From Auanema rhodensis (Eukaryota; Animalia; Nematoda): DNA of 64,000 nt. Location of the stretch: positions 2,170,001 to 2,234,000 of the forward strand of contig OZ059896.1 of NCBI GenBank assembly GCA_964057225.1, read 5' to 3'. Each line of letters opens with the position of its first letter. Within the stretch, counting starts at the first letter, position 1. Below the pieces are notes generated by a model that did no database searches, had not been told where the DNA came from, and saw nothing but the letters and a program-made list of their open reading frames with translations. Positions 26,325 through 41,417 of this stretch are shown here, piece after piece. The position numbers were made by a program, and so were the translations under genes.

Positions 26325-28430
26325 ATATCAACTGATATAGGTTCACACTTATATCCTCGATTTTCACCCTGAAGATTTAATTTTTTTGTTGAATAACAAT
26401 GTCCATCGTCTTTGTCTTGAAAAAAGGAATCTAAAAACATCTACTTTTTGTGAAATTATTTCGAAATTTTTCGTGAAAATTTTTGTCAAAATGTTTTTGG
26501 AAGCATTGTTGAGTGTACATGGAAACTCAACATACACTAATGCATCATTTTTCAAACGATCATAACTAATTTTTGTATTGAGCGTTTCTCCATGTAGTAT
26601 AGTGCATTCGATGCGGATTTTTAAGCTGCGTCGATCTGTGTTATCAGATTTGCGCTAGCTTAAAAATGAACCGAGATATCAACTGATATAGGTTCACACT
26701 TATATCCTCGATTTTCACCGTGAAGATTTAATTTTTTTGTTGAATAACATTGTCCATCGTCTTTGTCTTGAAAAAAGGAATCTAAAAACATCTACTTTTT
26801 GTGAAATTATTTTGAAATTTTTCGGGAAAATTTTTGTCAAAATGTTTTTGGAAGCATTGTTGAGTGTACATGGAAACTCAACATACACTAATGCATCATT
26901 TTTCAAACGATCATAACTAACTTTTGTATTGAGTGTTTCCCAATGTAGTATAGTGCATTCGATGTGGATTTTTAAGCTGCGTCGATCTGTGTTATCAGAT
27001 TTGCGCTAGCTTAAAAATGCACCGAGATATCAACTGATATAAGTTCACACTTATATCCTCGATTTTCACCCTGAAGAATTAATTTTTTTGTTGAATAACA
27101 ATGTCCATCGTCTTTGTCTTGAAAAAAGGAATCTAAAAACATCTACTTTTTGTGAAATTATTTTGAAATTTTTCGGGAAAATTTTTGTCAAAATGTTTTT
27201 GGAAGCAATGTTGAGTGTACATGGAAACTCAACATACACTAATGCATCATTTTTCAAACGATCATAACTAATTTTTGTATTGAGTGTTTCCCAATGTAGT
27301 ATAGTGCATTCGATGTGGATTTTTAAGCTGCGTCAATCTGTGTTATCAGATTTGCGCTAGCTTAAAAATGCACCGAGATATCAACTGATATAGGTTCACA
27401 CTTATATCCTCGATTTTCACCGTGAAGATTTAATTTTTTCGTTGAATAACATTGTCCATCGTCTTTGTCTTGAAAAAAGGAATCTAAAAACATCTACTTT
27501 TTGTGAAATTATTTTGAAATTTTTCGTGAAAATTTTTGTCAAAATGTTTTTGGAAGCATTGTTGAGTGTACATGGAAACTCAACATACACTAATGCATCA
27601 TTTTTCAAACGATCATAACTAATTTTTGTATTGAGCGTTTCTCCATGTAGTATAGTGCATTCGATGCGGATTTTTAAGCTGCGTCGATCTGTGTTATCAG
27701 ATTTGCGCTAGCTTAAAAATGAACCGAGATATCAACTGATATAGGTTCACACTTATATCCTCGATTTTCACCGTGAAGATTTAATTTTTTCGTTGAATAA
27801 CATTGTCCATCGTCTTTGTCTTGAAAAAAGGAATCTAAAAACATCTACTTTTTGTGAAATTATTTTGAAATTTTTCGGGAAAATTTTTGTCAAAATGTTT
27901 TTGGAAGCATTGTTGAGTGTACATGGAAACTCAACATACACTAATGCATCATTTTTCAAACGATCATAACTAACTTTTGTATTGAGTGTTTCCCAATGTA
28001 GTATAGTGCATTCGATGTGGATTTTTAAGCTGCGTCGATCTGTGTTATCAGATTTGCGCTAGCTTAAAAATGCACCGAGATATCAACTGATATAAGTTCA
28101 CACTTATATCCTCGATTTTCACCCTGAAGAATTAATTTTTTTGTTGAATAACAATGTCCATCGTCTTTGTCTTGAAAAAAGGAATCTAAAAACATCTACT
28201 TTTTGTGAAATTATTTTGAAATTTTTCGGGAAAATTTTTGTCAAAATGTTTTTGGAAGCAATGTTGAGTGTACATGGAAACTCAACATACACTAATGCAT
28301 CATTTTTCAAACGATCATAACTAATTTTTGTATTGAGTGTTTCCCAATGTAGTATAGTGCATTCGATGTGGATTTTTAAGCTGCGTCAATCTGTGTTATC
28401 AGATTTGCGCTAGCTTAAAAATGCACCGAG
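26325..28430. repeat. 3-mer duplication (copies 76-78 and 79-81)
   Basis: Private GTCAATC variant at 27335 and 28388 (1053 bp apart); the TCGTGAA and TAACTTTTG markers are in register. Confidence 0.75.
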
Positions 28431-29132
28431 ATATCAACTGATATAAGTTCACACTTATATCCTCGATTTTCACCCTGAAGAATTAATTTTTTTGTTGAAT
28501 AACAATGTCCATCGTCTTTGTCTTGAAAAAAGGAATCTAAAAACATCTACTTTTTGTGAAATTATTTTGAAATTTTTCGGGAAAATTTTTGTCAAAATGT
28601 TTTTGGAAGCAATGTTGAGTGTACATGGAAACTCAACATACACTAATGCATCATTTTTCAAACGATCATAACTAATTTTTGTATTGAGTGTTTTCCAATG
28701 TAGTATAGTGCATTCGATGTGGATTTTTAAGCTGCGTCGATCTGTGTTATCAGATTTGCGCTAGCTTAAAAATGCACCGAGATATCAACTGATATAAGTT
28801 CACACTTATATCCTCGATTTTCACCCTGAAGAATTAATTTTTTTGTTGAATAACAATGTCCATCGTCTTTGTCTTGAAAAAAGGAATCTAAAAACATCTA
28901 CTTTTTGTGAAATTATTTTGAAATTTTTCGGGAAAATTTTTGTCAAAATGTTTTTGGAAGCAATGTTGAGTGTACATGGAAACTCAACATACACTAATGC
29001 ATCATTTTTCAAACGATCATAACTAATTTTTGTATTGAGCGTTTCTCCATGTAGTATAGTGCATTCGATGCGGATTTTTAAGCTGCGTCGATCTGTGTTA
29101 TCAGATTTGCGCTAGCTTGAAAATGCACCGAG

Positions 29133-32100
29133 ATATCAACTGATATAGGTTCACACTTATATCCTCGATTTTCACCGTGAAGAATTAATTTTTTCGTTGA
29201 ATAACAATGTCCATCGTCTTTGTCTTGAAAAAAGGAATCTAAAAACATCTACTTTTTGTGAAATTATTTTGAAATTTTTCGTGAAAATTTTTGTCAAAAT
29301 GTTTTTGGAAGCATTGTTGAGTGTACATGGAAACTCAACATACACTAATGCATCATTTTTCAAACGATCATAACTAATTTTTGTATTGAGCGTTTCTCCA
29401 TGTAGTATAGTGCATTCGATGCGGATTTTTAAGCTGCGTCGATCTGTGTTATCAGATTTGCGCTAGCTTGAAAATGCACCGAGATATCAACTGATATAGG
29501 TTCACACTTATATCCTCGATTTTCATAGTGAAGAATTAATTTTTTTGTTGAATAACAATGTCCATCGTCTTTGTCTTGAAAAAAGGAATCTAAAAACATC
29601 TACTTTTTGTGAAATTATTTTGAAATTTTTCGGGAAAATTTTTGTCAAAATGTTTTTGGAAGCATTGTTGAGTGTACATGAAAACTCAACATACACTAAT
29701 GCATCATTTTTCAAACGATCATAACTAATTTTTGTATTGAGCGTTTCTCCATGTAGTATAGTGCATTCGATGCGGATTTTTAAGCTGCGTCGATCTGTGT
29801 TATCAGATTTGCGCTAGCTTAAAAATGCACCGAGATATCAACTGATATAAGTTCACACTTATATCCTCGATTTTCACCCTGAAGAATTAATTTTTTTGTT
29901 GAATAACAATGTCCATCGTCTTTGTCTTGAAAAAAGGAATCTAAAAACATCTACTTTTTGTGAAATTATTTTGAAATTTTTCGGGAAAATTTTTGTCAAA
30001 ATGTTTTTGGAAGCAATGTTGAGTGTACATGGAAACTCAACATACACTAATGCATCATTTTTCAAACGATCATAACTAATTTTTGTATTGAGTGTTTCCC
30101 AATGTAGTATAGTGCATTCGATGCGGATTTTTAAGCTGCGTCGATCTGTGTTATCAGATTTGCGCTAGCTTAAAAATGCACCGAGATATCAACTGATATA
30201 AGTTCACACTTATATCCTCGATTTTCACCCTGAAGAATTAATTTTTTTGTTGAATAACAATGTCCATCGTCTTTGTCTTGAAAAAAGGAATCTAAAAACA
30301 TCTACTTTTTGTGAAATTATTTTGAAATTTTTCGGGAAAATTTTTGTCAAAATGTTTTTGGAAGCAATGTTGAGTGTACATGGAAACTCAACATACACTA
30401 ATGCATCATTTTTCAAACGATCATAACTAATTTTTGTATTGAGCGTTTCTCCATGTAGTATAGTGCATTCGATGTGGATTTTTAAGCTGCGTCGATCTGT
30501 GTTATCAGATTTGCGCTAGCTTGAAAATGCACCGAGATATCAACTGATATAGGTTCACACTTATATCCTCGATTTTCACCGTGAAGAATTAATTTTTTCG
30601 TTGAATAACAATGTCCATCGTCTTTGTCTTGAAAAAAGGAATCTAAAAACATCTACTTTTTGTAAATTTATTCTGAAATTTTTCGGGAAAATGTTTGTCA
30701 AAATGTTTTTGGAAGCAATGTTGAGTGTACATGGAAACTCAACATACACTAATGCATCATTTTTCAAACGATCATAACTAATTTTTGTATTGAGCGTTTC
30801 TCCATGTAGTATAGTGCATTCGATGCGGATTTTTAAGCTGCGTCGATCTGTGTTATCAGATTTGCGCTAGCTTGAAAATGAACCGAGATATCAACTGATA
30901 TAGGTTCACACTTATATCCTCGATTTTCACCGTGAAGAATTAATTTTTTTGTTGAATAACAATGTCCATCGTCTTTGTCTTGAAAAAAGGAATCTAAAAA
31001 CATCTACTTTTTGTGAAATTATTTTGAAATTTTTCGTGAAAATTTTTGTCAAAATGTTTTTGGAAGCATTGTTGAGTGTACATGGAAACTCAACATACAC
31101 TAATGCATCATTTTTCAAACGATCATAACTAATTTTTGTATTGAGCGTTTCTCCATGTAGTATAGTGCATTCGATGCGGATTTTTAAGCTGCGTCGATCT
31201 GTGTTATCAGATTTGCGCTAGCTTGAAAATGCACCGAGATATCAACTGATATAGGTTCACACTTATATCCTCGATTTTCATAGTGAAGAATTAATTTTTT
31301 TGTTGAATAACAATGTCCATCGTCTTTGTCTTGAAAAAAGGAATCTAAAAACATCTACTTTTTGTGAAATTATTTTGAAATTTTTCGGGAAAATTTTTGT
31401 CAAAATGTTTTTGGAAGCATTGTTGAGTGTACATGAAAACTCAACATACACTAATGCATCATTTTTCAAACGATCATAACTAATTTTTGTATTGAGCGTT
31501 TCTCCATGTAGTATAGTGCATTCGATGCGGATTTTTAAGCTGCGTCGATCTGTGTTATCAGATTTGCGCTAGCTTAAAAATGCACCGAGATATCAACTGA
31601 TATAAGTTCACACTTATATCCTCGATTTTCACCCTGAAGAATTAATTTTTTTGTTGAATAACAATGTCCATCGTCTTTGTCTTGAAAAAAGGAATCTAAA
31701 AACATCTACTTTTTGTGAAATTATTTTGAAATTTTTCGGGAAAATTTTTGTCAAAATGTTTTTGGAAGCAATGTTGAGTGTACATGGAAACTCAACATAC
31801 ACTAATGCATCATTTTTCAAACGATCATAACTAATTTTTGTATTGAGTGTTTCCCAATGTAGTATAGTGCATTCGATGCGGATTTTTAAGCTGCGTCGAT
31901 CTGTGTTATCAGATTTGCGCTAGCTTAAAAATGCACCGAGATATCAACTGATATAAGTTCACACTTATATCCTCGATTTTCACCCTGAAGAATTAATTTT
32001 TTTGTTGAATAACAATGTCCATCGTCTTTGTCTTGAAAAAAGGAATCTAAAAACATCTACTTTTTGTGAAATTATTTTGAAATTTTTCGGGAAAATTTTT

Positions 32101-35099
32101 GTCAAAATGTTTTTGGAAGCAATGTTGAGTGTACATGGAAACTCAACATACACTAATGCATCATTTTTCAAACGATCATAACTAATTTTTGTATTGAGTG
32201 TTTCCCAATGTAGTATAGTGCATTCGATGCGGATTTTTAAGCTGCGTCGATCTGTGTTATCAGATTTGCGCTAGCTTGAAAATGCACCGAGATATCAACT
32301 GATATAGGTTCACACTTATATTCTCGATTTTCACCGTGAAGAATTAATTTTTTCGTTGAATAACAATGTCCATCGTCTTTGTCTTGAAAAAAGGAATCTA
32401 AAAACATCTACTTTTTGTAAATTTATTCTGAAATTTTTCGGGAAAATGTTTGTCAAAATGTTTTTGGAAGCAATGTTGAGTGTACATGGAAACTCAACAT
32501 ACACTAATGCATCATTTTTCAAACAATCATAACTAATTTTTGTATTGAGCGTTTCTTAATGTAGTATAGTACATTCGATGCGGATTTTTAAGCTGCGTCG
32601 ATCTGTGTTATCAGATTTGCGCTAGCTTAAAAATGAACCGAGATATCAACTGATATAGGTTCACACTTATATCCTCGATTTTCACCCTGAAGATTTAATT
32701 TTTTCGTTGAATAACATTGTCCATCGTCTTTGTTTTGAAAAAAGGAATCTAAAAACATCTACTTTTTGTAAATTTATTCTGAAATTTTTCGGGAAAATGT
32801 TTGTCAAAATGTTTTTGGAAGCAATGTTGAGTGTACATGGAAACTCAACATACACTAATGCATCATTTTTCAAACGATCATAACTAATTTTTGTATTGAG
32901 CGTTTCTCCATGTAGTATAGTGCATTCGATGCGGATTTTTAAGCTGCGTCGATCTGTGTTATCAGATTTGCGCTAGCTTGAAAATGAACCGAGATATCAA
33001 CTGATATAGGTTCACACTTATATCCTCGATTTTCACCGTGAAGAATTAATTTTTTTGTTGAATAACAATGTCCATCGTCTTTGTCTTGAAAAAAGGAATC
33101 TAAAAACATCTACTTTTTGTGAAATTATTTTGAAATTTTTCGTGAAAATTTTTGTCAAAATGTTTTTGGAAGCATTGTTGAGTGTACATGGAAACTCAAC
33201 ATACACTAATGCATCATTTTTCAAACGATCATAACTAATTTTTGTATTGAGCGTTTCTCCATGTAGTATAGTGCATTCGATGCGGATTTTTAAGCTGCGT
33301 CGATCTGTGTTATCAGATTTGCGCTAGCTTGAAAATGCACCGAGATATCAACTGATATAGGTTCACACTTATATCCTCGATTTTCATAGTGAAGAATTAA
33401 TTTTTTTGTTGAATAACAATGTCCATCGTCTTTGTCTTGAAAAAAGGAATCTAAAAACATCTACTTTTTGTGAAATTATTTTGAAATTTTTCGGGAAAAT
33501 TTTTGTCAAAATGTTTTTGGAAGCATTGTTGAGTGTACATGAAAACTCAACATACACTAATGCATCATTTTTCAAACGATCATAACTAATTTTTGTATTG
33601 AGCGTTTCTCCATGTAGTATAGTGCATTCGATGCGGATTTTTAAGCTGCGTCGATCTGTGTTATCAGATTTGCGCTAGCTTAAAAATGCACCGAGATATC
33701 AACTGATATAAGTTCACACTTATATCCTCGATTTTCACCCTGAAGAATTAATTTTTTTGTTGAATAACAATGTCCATCGTCTTTGTCTTGAAAAAAGGAA
33801 TCTAAAAACATCTACTTTTTGTGAAATTATTTTGAAATTTTTCGGGAAAATTTTTGTCAAAATGTTTTTGGAAGCAATGTTGAGTGTACATGGAAACTCA
33901 ACATACACTAATGCATCATTTTTCAAACGATCATAACTAATTTTTGTATTGAGTGTTTCCCAATGTAGTATAGTGCATTCGATGCGGATTTTTAAGCTGC
34001 GTCGATCTGTGTTATCAGATTTGCGCTAGCTTAAAAATGCACCGAGATATCAACTGATATAAGTTCACACTTATATCCTCGATTTTCACCCTGAAGAATT
34101 AATTTTTTTGTTGAATAACAATGTCCATCGTCTTTGTCTTGAAAAAAGGAATCTAAAAACATCTACTTTTTGTGAAATTATTTTGAAATTTTTCGGGAAA
34201 ATTTTTGTCAAAATGTTTTTGGAAGCAATGTTGAGTGTACATGGAAACTCAACATACACTAATGCATCATTTTTCAAACGATCATAACTAATTTTTGTAT
34301 TGAGTGTTTCCCAATGTAGTATAGTGCATTCGATGCGGATTTTTAAGCTGCGTCGATCTGTGTTATCAGATTTGCGCTAGCTTGAAAATGCACCGAGATA
34401 TCAACTGATATAGGTTCACACTTATATCCTCGATTTTCACCGTGAAGAATTAATTTTTTCGTTGAATAACAATGTCCATCGTCTTTGTCTTGAAAAAAGG
34501 AATCTAAAAACATCTACTTTTTGTAAATTTATTCTGAAATTTTTCGGGAAAATGTTTGTCAAAATGTTTTTGGAACCAATGTTGAGTGTACATGGAAACT
34601 CAACATACACTAATGCATCATTTTTCAAACAATCATAACTAATTTTTGTATTGAGCGTTTCTTAATGTAGTATAGTACATTCGATGCGGATTTTTAAGCT
34701 GCGTCGATCTGTGTTATCAGATTTGCGCTAGCTTAAAAATGAACCGAGATATCAACTGATATAGGTTCACACTTATATCCTCGATTTTCACCCTGAAGAT
34801 TTAATTTTTTCGTTGAATAACATTGTCCATCGTCTTTGTTTTGAAAAAAGGAATCTAAAAACATCTACTTTTTGTAAATTTATTCTGAAATTTTTCGGGA
34901 AAATGTTTGTCAAAATGTTTTTGGAAGCAATGTTGAGTGTACATGGAAACTCAACATACACTAATGCATCATTTTTCAAACGATCATAACTAATTTTTGT
35001 ATTGAGCGTTTCTCCATGTAGTATAGTGCATTCGATGCGGATTTTTAAGCTGCGTCGATCTGTGTTATCAGATTTGCGCTAGCTTGAAAATGCACCGAG
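29133..35099. repeat. 5-mer followed by two 6-mers (2106 bp), copies 84-100
   Basis: The private TTCATAGTG plus CATGAAAAC haplotype is in copies 85, 90 and 96. The TTGTTTTGA haplotype is in copies 94 and 100. Confidence 0.88.
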
Positions 35100-37907
35100 A
35101 TATCAACTGATATAGGTTCACACTTATATCCTCGATTTTCACCGTGAAGAATTAATTTTTTTGTTGAATAACAATGTCCATCGTCTTTGTCTTGAAAAAA
35201 GGAATCTAAAAACATCTACTTTTTGTGAAATTATTTTGAAATTTTTCGGGAAAATTTTTGTCAAAATGTTTTTGGAAGCAATGTTGAGTGTACATGGAAA
35301 CTCAACATACACTAATGCATCATTTTTTAAACGATCATAACTAATTTTTGTATTGAGTGTTTCCCAATGTAGTATAGTGCATTCGATGTGGATTTTTAAG
35401 CTGCGTCGATCTGTGTTATCAGATTTGCGCTAGCTTGAAAATGCACCGAGATATCAACTGATATAGGTTCACACTTATATCCTCGATTTTCACCGTGAAG
35501 AATTAATTTTTTCGTTGAATAACAATGTCCATCGTCTTTGTCTTGAAAAAAGGAATCTAAAAACATCTACTTTTTGTGAAATTATTTTGAAATTTTTCGG
35601 GAAAATTTTTGTCAAAATGTTTTTGGAAGCAATGTTGAGTGTACATGGAAACTCAACATACACTAATGCATCATTTTTCAAACGATCATAACTAATTTTT
35701 GTATTGAGCGTTTCTCCATGTAGTATAGTGCATTCGATGCGGATTTTTAAGCTGCGTCGATCTGTGTTATCAGATTTGCGCTAGCTTGAAAATGCACCGA
35801 GATATCAACTGATATAGGTTCACACTTATATCCTCGATTTTCACCGTGAAGAATTAATTTTTTTGTTGAATAACAATGTCCATCGTCTTTGTCTTGAAAA
35901 AAGGAATCTAAAAACATCTACTTTTTGTGAAATTATTTTGAAATTTTTCGGGAAAATTTTTGTCAAAATGTTTTTGGAAGCAATGTTGAGTGTACATGGA
36001 AACTCAACATACACTAATGCATCATTTTTTAAACGATCATAACTAATTTTTGTATTGAGTGTTTCCCAATGTAGTATAGTGCATTCGATGTGGATTTTTA
36101 AGCTGCGTCGATCTGTGTTATCAGATTTGCGCTAGCTTGAAAATGCACCGAGATATCAACTGATATAGGTTCACACTTATATCCTCGATTTTCACCGTGA
36201 AGAATTAATTTTTTCGTTGAATAACAATGTCCATCGTCTTTGTCTTGAAAAAAGGAATCTAAAAACATCTACTTTTTGTAAATTTATTCTGAAATTTTTC
36301 GGGAAAATGTTTGTCAAAATGTTTTTGGAAGCAATGTTGAGTGTACATGGAAACTCAACATACACTAATGCATCATTTTTCAAACGATCATAACTAATTT
36401 TTGTATTGAGCGTTTCTCCATGTAGTATAGTGCATTCGATGCGGATTTTTAAGCTGCGTCGATCTGTGTTATCAGATTTGCGCTAGCTTGAAAATGCACC
36501 GAGATATCAACTGATATAGGTTCACACTTATATCCTCGATTTTCACCGTGAAGAATTAATTTTTTTGTTGAATAACAATGTCCATCGTCTTTGTCTTGAA
36601 AAAAGGAATCTAAAAACATCTACTTTTTGTGAAATTATTTTGAAATTTTTCGGGAAAATTTTTGTCAAAATGTTTTTGGAAGCATTGTTGAGTGTACATG
36701 GAAACTCAACATACACTAATGCATCATTTTTCAAACGATCATAACTAATTTTTGTATTGAGCGTTTCTCCATGTAGTATAGTGCATTCGATGCGGATTTT
36801 TAAGCTGCGTCGATCTGTGTTATCAGATTTGCGCTAGCTTGAAAATGCACCGAGATATCAACTGATATAGGTTCACACTTATATCCTCGATTTTCACCGT
36901 GAAGAATTAATTTTTTTGTTGAATAACAATGTCCATCGTCTTTGTCTTGAAAAAAGGAATCTAAAAACATCTACTTTTTGTGAAATTATTTTGAAATTTT
37001 TCGTGAAAATTTTTGTCAAAATGTTTTTGGAAGCATTGTTGAGTGTACATGGAAACTCAACATACACTAATGCATCATTTTTCAAACGATCATAACTAAT
37101 TTTTGTATTGAGCGTTTCTCCATGTAGTATAGTGCATTCGATGCGGATTTTTAAGCTGCGTCGATCTGTGTTATCAGATTTGCGCTAGCTTGAAAATGCA
37201 CCGAGATATCAACTGATATAGGTTCACACTTATATCCTCGATTTTCACCGTGAAGAATTAATTTTTTTGTTGAATAACAATGTCCATCGTCTTTGTCTTG
37301 AAAAAAGGAATCTAAAAACATCTACTTTTTGTGAAATTATTTTGAAATTTTTCGGGAAAATTTTTGTCAAAATGTTTTTGGAAGCAATGTTGAGTGTACA
37401 TGGAAACTCAACATACACTAATGCATCATTTTTCAAACGATCATAACTAATTTTTGTATTGAGTGTTTCCCAATGTAGTATAGTGCATTCGATGCGGATT
37501 TTTAAGCTGCGTCGATCTGTGTTATCAGATTTGCGCTAGCTTAAAAATGCACCGAGATATCAACTGATATAAGTTCACACTTATATCCTCGATTTTCACC
37601 CTGAAGAATTAATTTTTTTGTTGAATAACAATGTCCATCGTCTTTGTCTTGAAAAAAGGAATCTAAAAACATCTACTTTTTGTGAAATTATTTTGAAATT
37701 TTTCGGGAAAATTTTTGTCAAAATGTTTTTGGAAGCAATGTTGAGTGTACATGGAAACTCAACATACACTAATGCATCATTTTTCAAACGATCATAACTA
37801 ATTTTTGTATTGAGTGTTTCCCAATGTAGTATAGTGCATTCGATGTGGATTTTTAAGCTGCGTCGATCTGTGTTATCAGATTTGCGCTAGCTTAAAAATG
37901 CACCGAG

Positions 37908-40900
37908 ATATCAACTGATATAAGTTCACACTTATATCCTCGATTTTCACCCTGAAGAATTAATTTTTTTGTTGAATAACAATGTCCATCGTCTTTGTCT
38001 TGAAAAACGGAATCTAAAAACATCTACTTTTTGTGAAATTATTTTGAAATTTTTCGGGAAAATTTTTGTCAAAATGTTTTTGGAAGCAATGTTGAGTGTA
38101 CATGGAAACTCAACATACACTAATGCATCATTTTTCAAACGATCATAACTAATTTTTGTATTGAGTGTTTCCCAATGTAGTATAGTGCATTCGATGCGGA
38201 TTTTTAAGCTGCGTCGATCTGTGTTATCAGATTTGCGCTAGCTTAAAAATGCACCGAGATATTAACTGATATAAGTTCACACTTATATCCTCGATTTTCA
38301 CCCTGAAGAATTAATTTTTTTGTTGAATGACAATGTCCATCGTCTTTGTCTTGAAAAAAGGAATCTAAAAACATCTACTTTTTGTAAATTTATTCTGAAA
38401 TTTTTCGGGAAAATGTTTGTCAAAATGTTTTTGGAAACAATGTTGAGTGTACATGGAAACTCAACATACACTAATGCATCATTTTTCAAACGATCATAAC
38501 TAATTTTTGTATTGAGCGTTTCTTAATGTAGTATAGTGCATTCAATGTGGATTTTTAAGCTGCGTCGATCTGTGTTATCAGATTTGCGCTAGCTTAAAAA
38601 TGCACCGAGATATCAACTGATATAAGTTCACACTTATATCCTCGATTTTCACCCTGAAGAATTAATTTTTTTGTTGAATAACAATGTCCATCGTCTTTGT
38701 CTTGAAAAAAGGAATCTAAAAACATCTACTTTTTGTGAAATTATTTTGAAATTTTTCGGGAAAATTTTTGTCAAAATGTTTTTGGAAGCAATGTTGAGTG
38801 TACATGGAAACTCAACATACACTAATGCATCATTTTTCAAACGATCATAACTAATTTTTGTATTGAGTGTTTCCCAATGTAGTATAGTGCAGTCGATGCG
38901 GATTTTTAAGCTGCGTCGATCTGTGTTATCAGATTTGCGCTAGCTTAAAAATGCACCGAGATATTAACTGATATAAGTTCACACTTATATCCTCGATTTT
39001 CACCCTGAAGAATTAATTTTTTTGTTGAATGACAATGTCCATCGTCTTTGTCTTGAAAAAAGGAATCTAAAAACATCTACTTTTTGTAAATTTATTCTGA
39101 AATTTTTCGGGAAAATGTTTGTCAAAATGTTTTTGGAAACAATGTTGAGTGTACATGGAAACTCAACATACACTAATGCATCATTTTTCAAACGATCATA
39201 ACTAATTTTTGTATTGAGCGTTTCTTAATGTAGTATAGTGCATTCAATGTGGATTTTTAAGCTGCGTCGATCTGTGTTATCAGATTTGCGCTAGCTTAAA
39301 AATGCACCGAGATATCAACTGATATAAGTTCACACTTATATCCTCGATTTTCACCCTGAAGAATTAATTTTTTTGTTGAATAACAATGTCCATCGTCTTT
39401 GTCTTGAAAAAAGGAATCTAAAAACATCTACTTTTTGTGAAATTATTTTGAAATTTTTCGGGAAAATTTTTGTCAAAATGTTTTTGGAAGCAATGTTGAG
39501 TGTACATGGAAACTCAACATACACTAATGCATCATTTTTCAAACGATCATAACTAATTTTTGTATTGAGTGTTTCCCAATGTAGTATAGTGCATTCGATG
39601 CGGATTTTTAAGCTGCGTCGATCTGTGTTATCAGATTTGCGCTAGCTTAAAAATGCACCGAGATATTAACTGATATAAGTTCACACTTATATCCTCGATT
39701 TTCACCCTGAAGAATTAATTTTTTTGTTGAATGACAATGTCCATCGTCTTTGTCTTGGAAAAAGGAATCTAAAAACATCTACTTTTTGTAAATTTATTCT
39801 GAAATTTTTCGGGAAAATGTTTGTCAAAATGTTTTTGGAAACAATGTTGAGTGTACATGGAAACTCAACATACACTAATGCATCATTTTTCAAACGATCA
39901 TAACTAATTTTTGTATTGAGCGTTTCTTAATGTAGTATAGTGCATTCAATGTGGATTTTTAAGCTGCGTCGATCTGTGTTATCAGATTTGCGCTAGCTTA
40001 AAAATGCACCGAGATATCAACTGATATAAGTTCACACTTATATCCTCGATTTTCACCCTGAAGAATTAATTTTTTTGTTGAATAACAATGTCCATCGTTT
40101 TTGTCTTGAAAAAAGGAATCTAAAAACATCTACTTTTTGTGAAATTATTTTGAAATTTTTCGGGAAAATTTTTGTCAAAATGTTTTTGGAAGCAATGTTG
40201 AGTGTACATGGAAACTCAACATACACTAATGCATCATTTTTCAAACGATCATAACTAATTTTTGTATTGAGTGTTTCCCAATGTAGTATAGTGCATTCGA
40301 TGCGGATTTTTAAGCTGCGTCGATCTGTGTTATCAGATTTGCGCTAGCTTAAAAATGCACCGAGATATTAACTGATATAAGTTCACACTTATATCCTCGA
40401 TTTTCACCCTGAAGAATTAATTTTTTTGTTGAATGACAATGTCCATCGTCTTTGTCTTGAAAAAAGGAATCTAAAAACATCTACTTTTTGTAAATTTATT
40501 CTGAAATTTTTCGGGAAAATGTTTGTCAAAATGTTTTTGGAAACAATGTTGAGTGTACATGGAAACTCAACATACACTAATGCATCATTTTTCAAACGAT
40601 CATAACTAATTTTTGTATTGAGCGTTTCTTAATGTAGTATAGTGCATTCAATGTGGATTTTTAAGCTGCGTCGATCTGTGTTATCAGATTTGCGCTAGCT
40701 TAAAAATGCACCGAGATATCAACTGATATAAGTTCACACTTATATCCTCGATTTTCACCCTGAAGAATTAATTTTTTTGTTGAATAACAATGTCCATCGT
40801 CTTTGTCTTGAAAAAAGGAATCTAAAAACATCTACTTTTTGTGAAATTATTTTGAAATTTTTCGGGAAAATTTTTGTCAAAATGTTTTTGGAAGCAATGT

Positions 40901-41417
40901 TGAGTGTACATGGAAACTCAACATACACTAATGCATCATTTTTCAAACGATCATAACTAATTTTTGTATTGAGTGTTTCCCAATGTAGTATAGTGCATTC
41001 GATGCGGATTTTTAAGCTGCGTCGATCTGTGTTATCAGATTTGCGCTAGCTTAAAAATGCACCGAGATATTAACTGATATAAGTTCACACTTATATCCTC
41101 GATTTTCACCCTGAAGAATTAATTTTTTTGTTGAATGACAATGTCCATCGTCTTTGTCTTGAAAAAAGGAATCTAAAAACATCTACTTTTTGTAAATTTA
41201 TTCTGAAATTTTTCGGGAAAATGTTTGTCAAAATGTTTTTGGAAACAATGTTGAGTGTACATGGAAACTCAACATACACTAATGCATCATTTTTCAAACG
41301 ATCATAACTAATTTTTGTATTGAGCGTTTCTTAATGTAGTATAGTGCATTCGATGCGGATTTTTAAGCTGCGTCGATCTGTGTTATCAGATTTGCGCTAG
41401 CTTAAAAATGAACCGAG
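37908..41417. repeat. Dimeric (702-bp) higher-order repeat, five units (copies 109-118)
   Basis: Strict alternation of two haplotypes. ATATTAAC and GGAAACAAT occur in every second copy; CATTCAATG occurs in copies 110, 112, 114 and 116. Confidence 0.92.
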
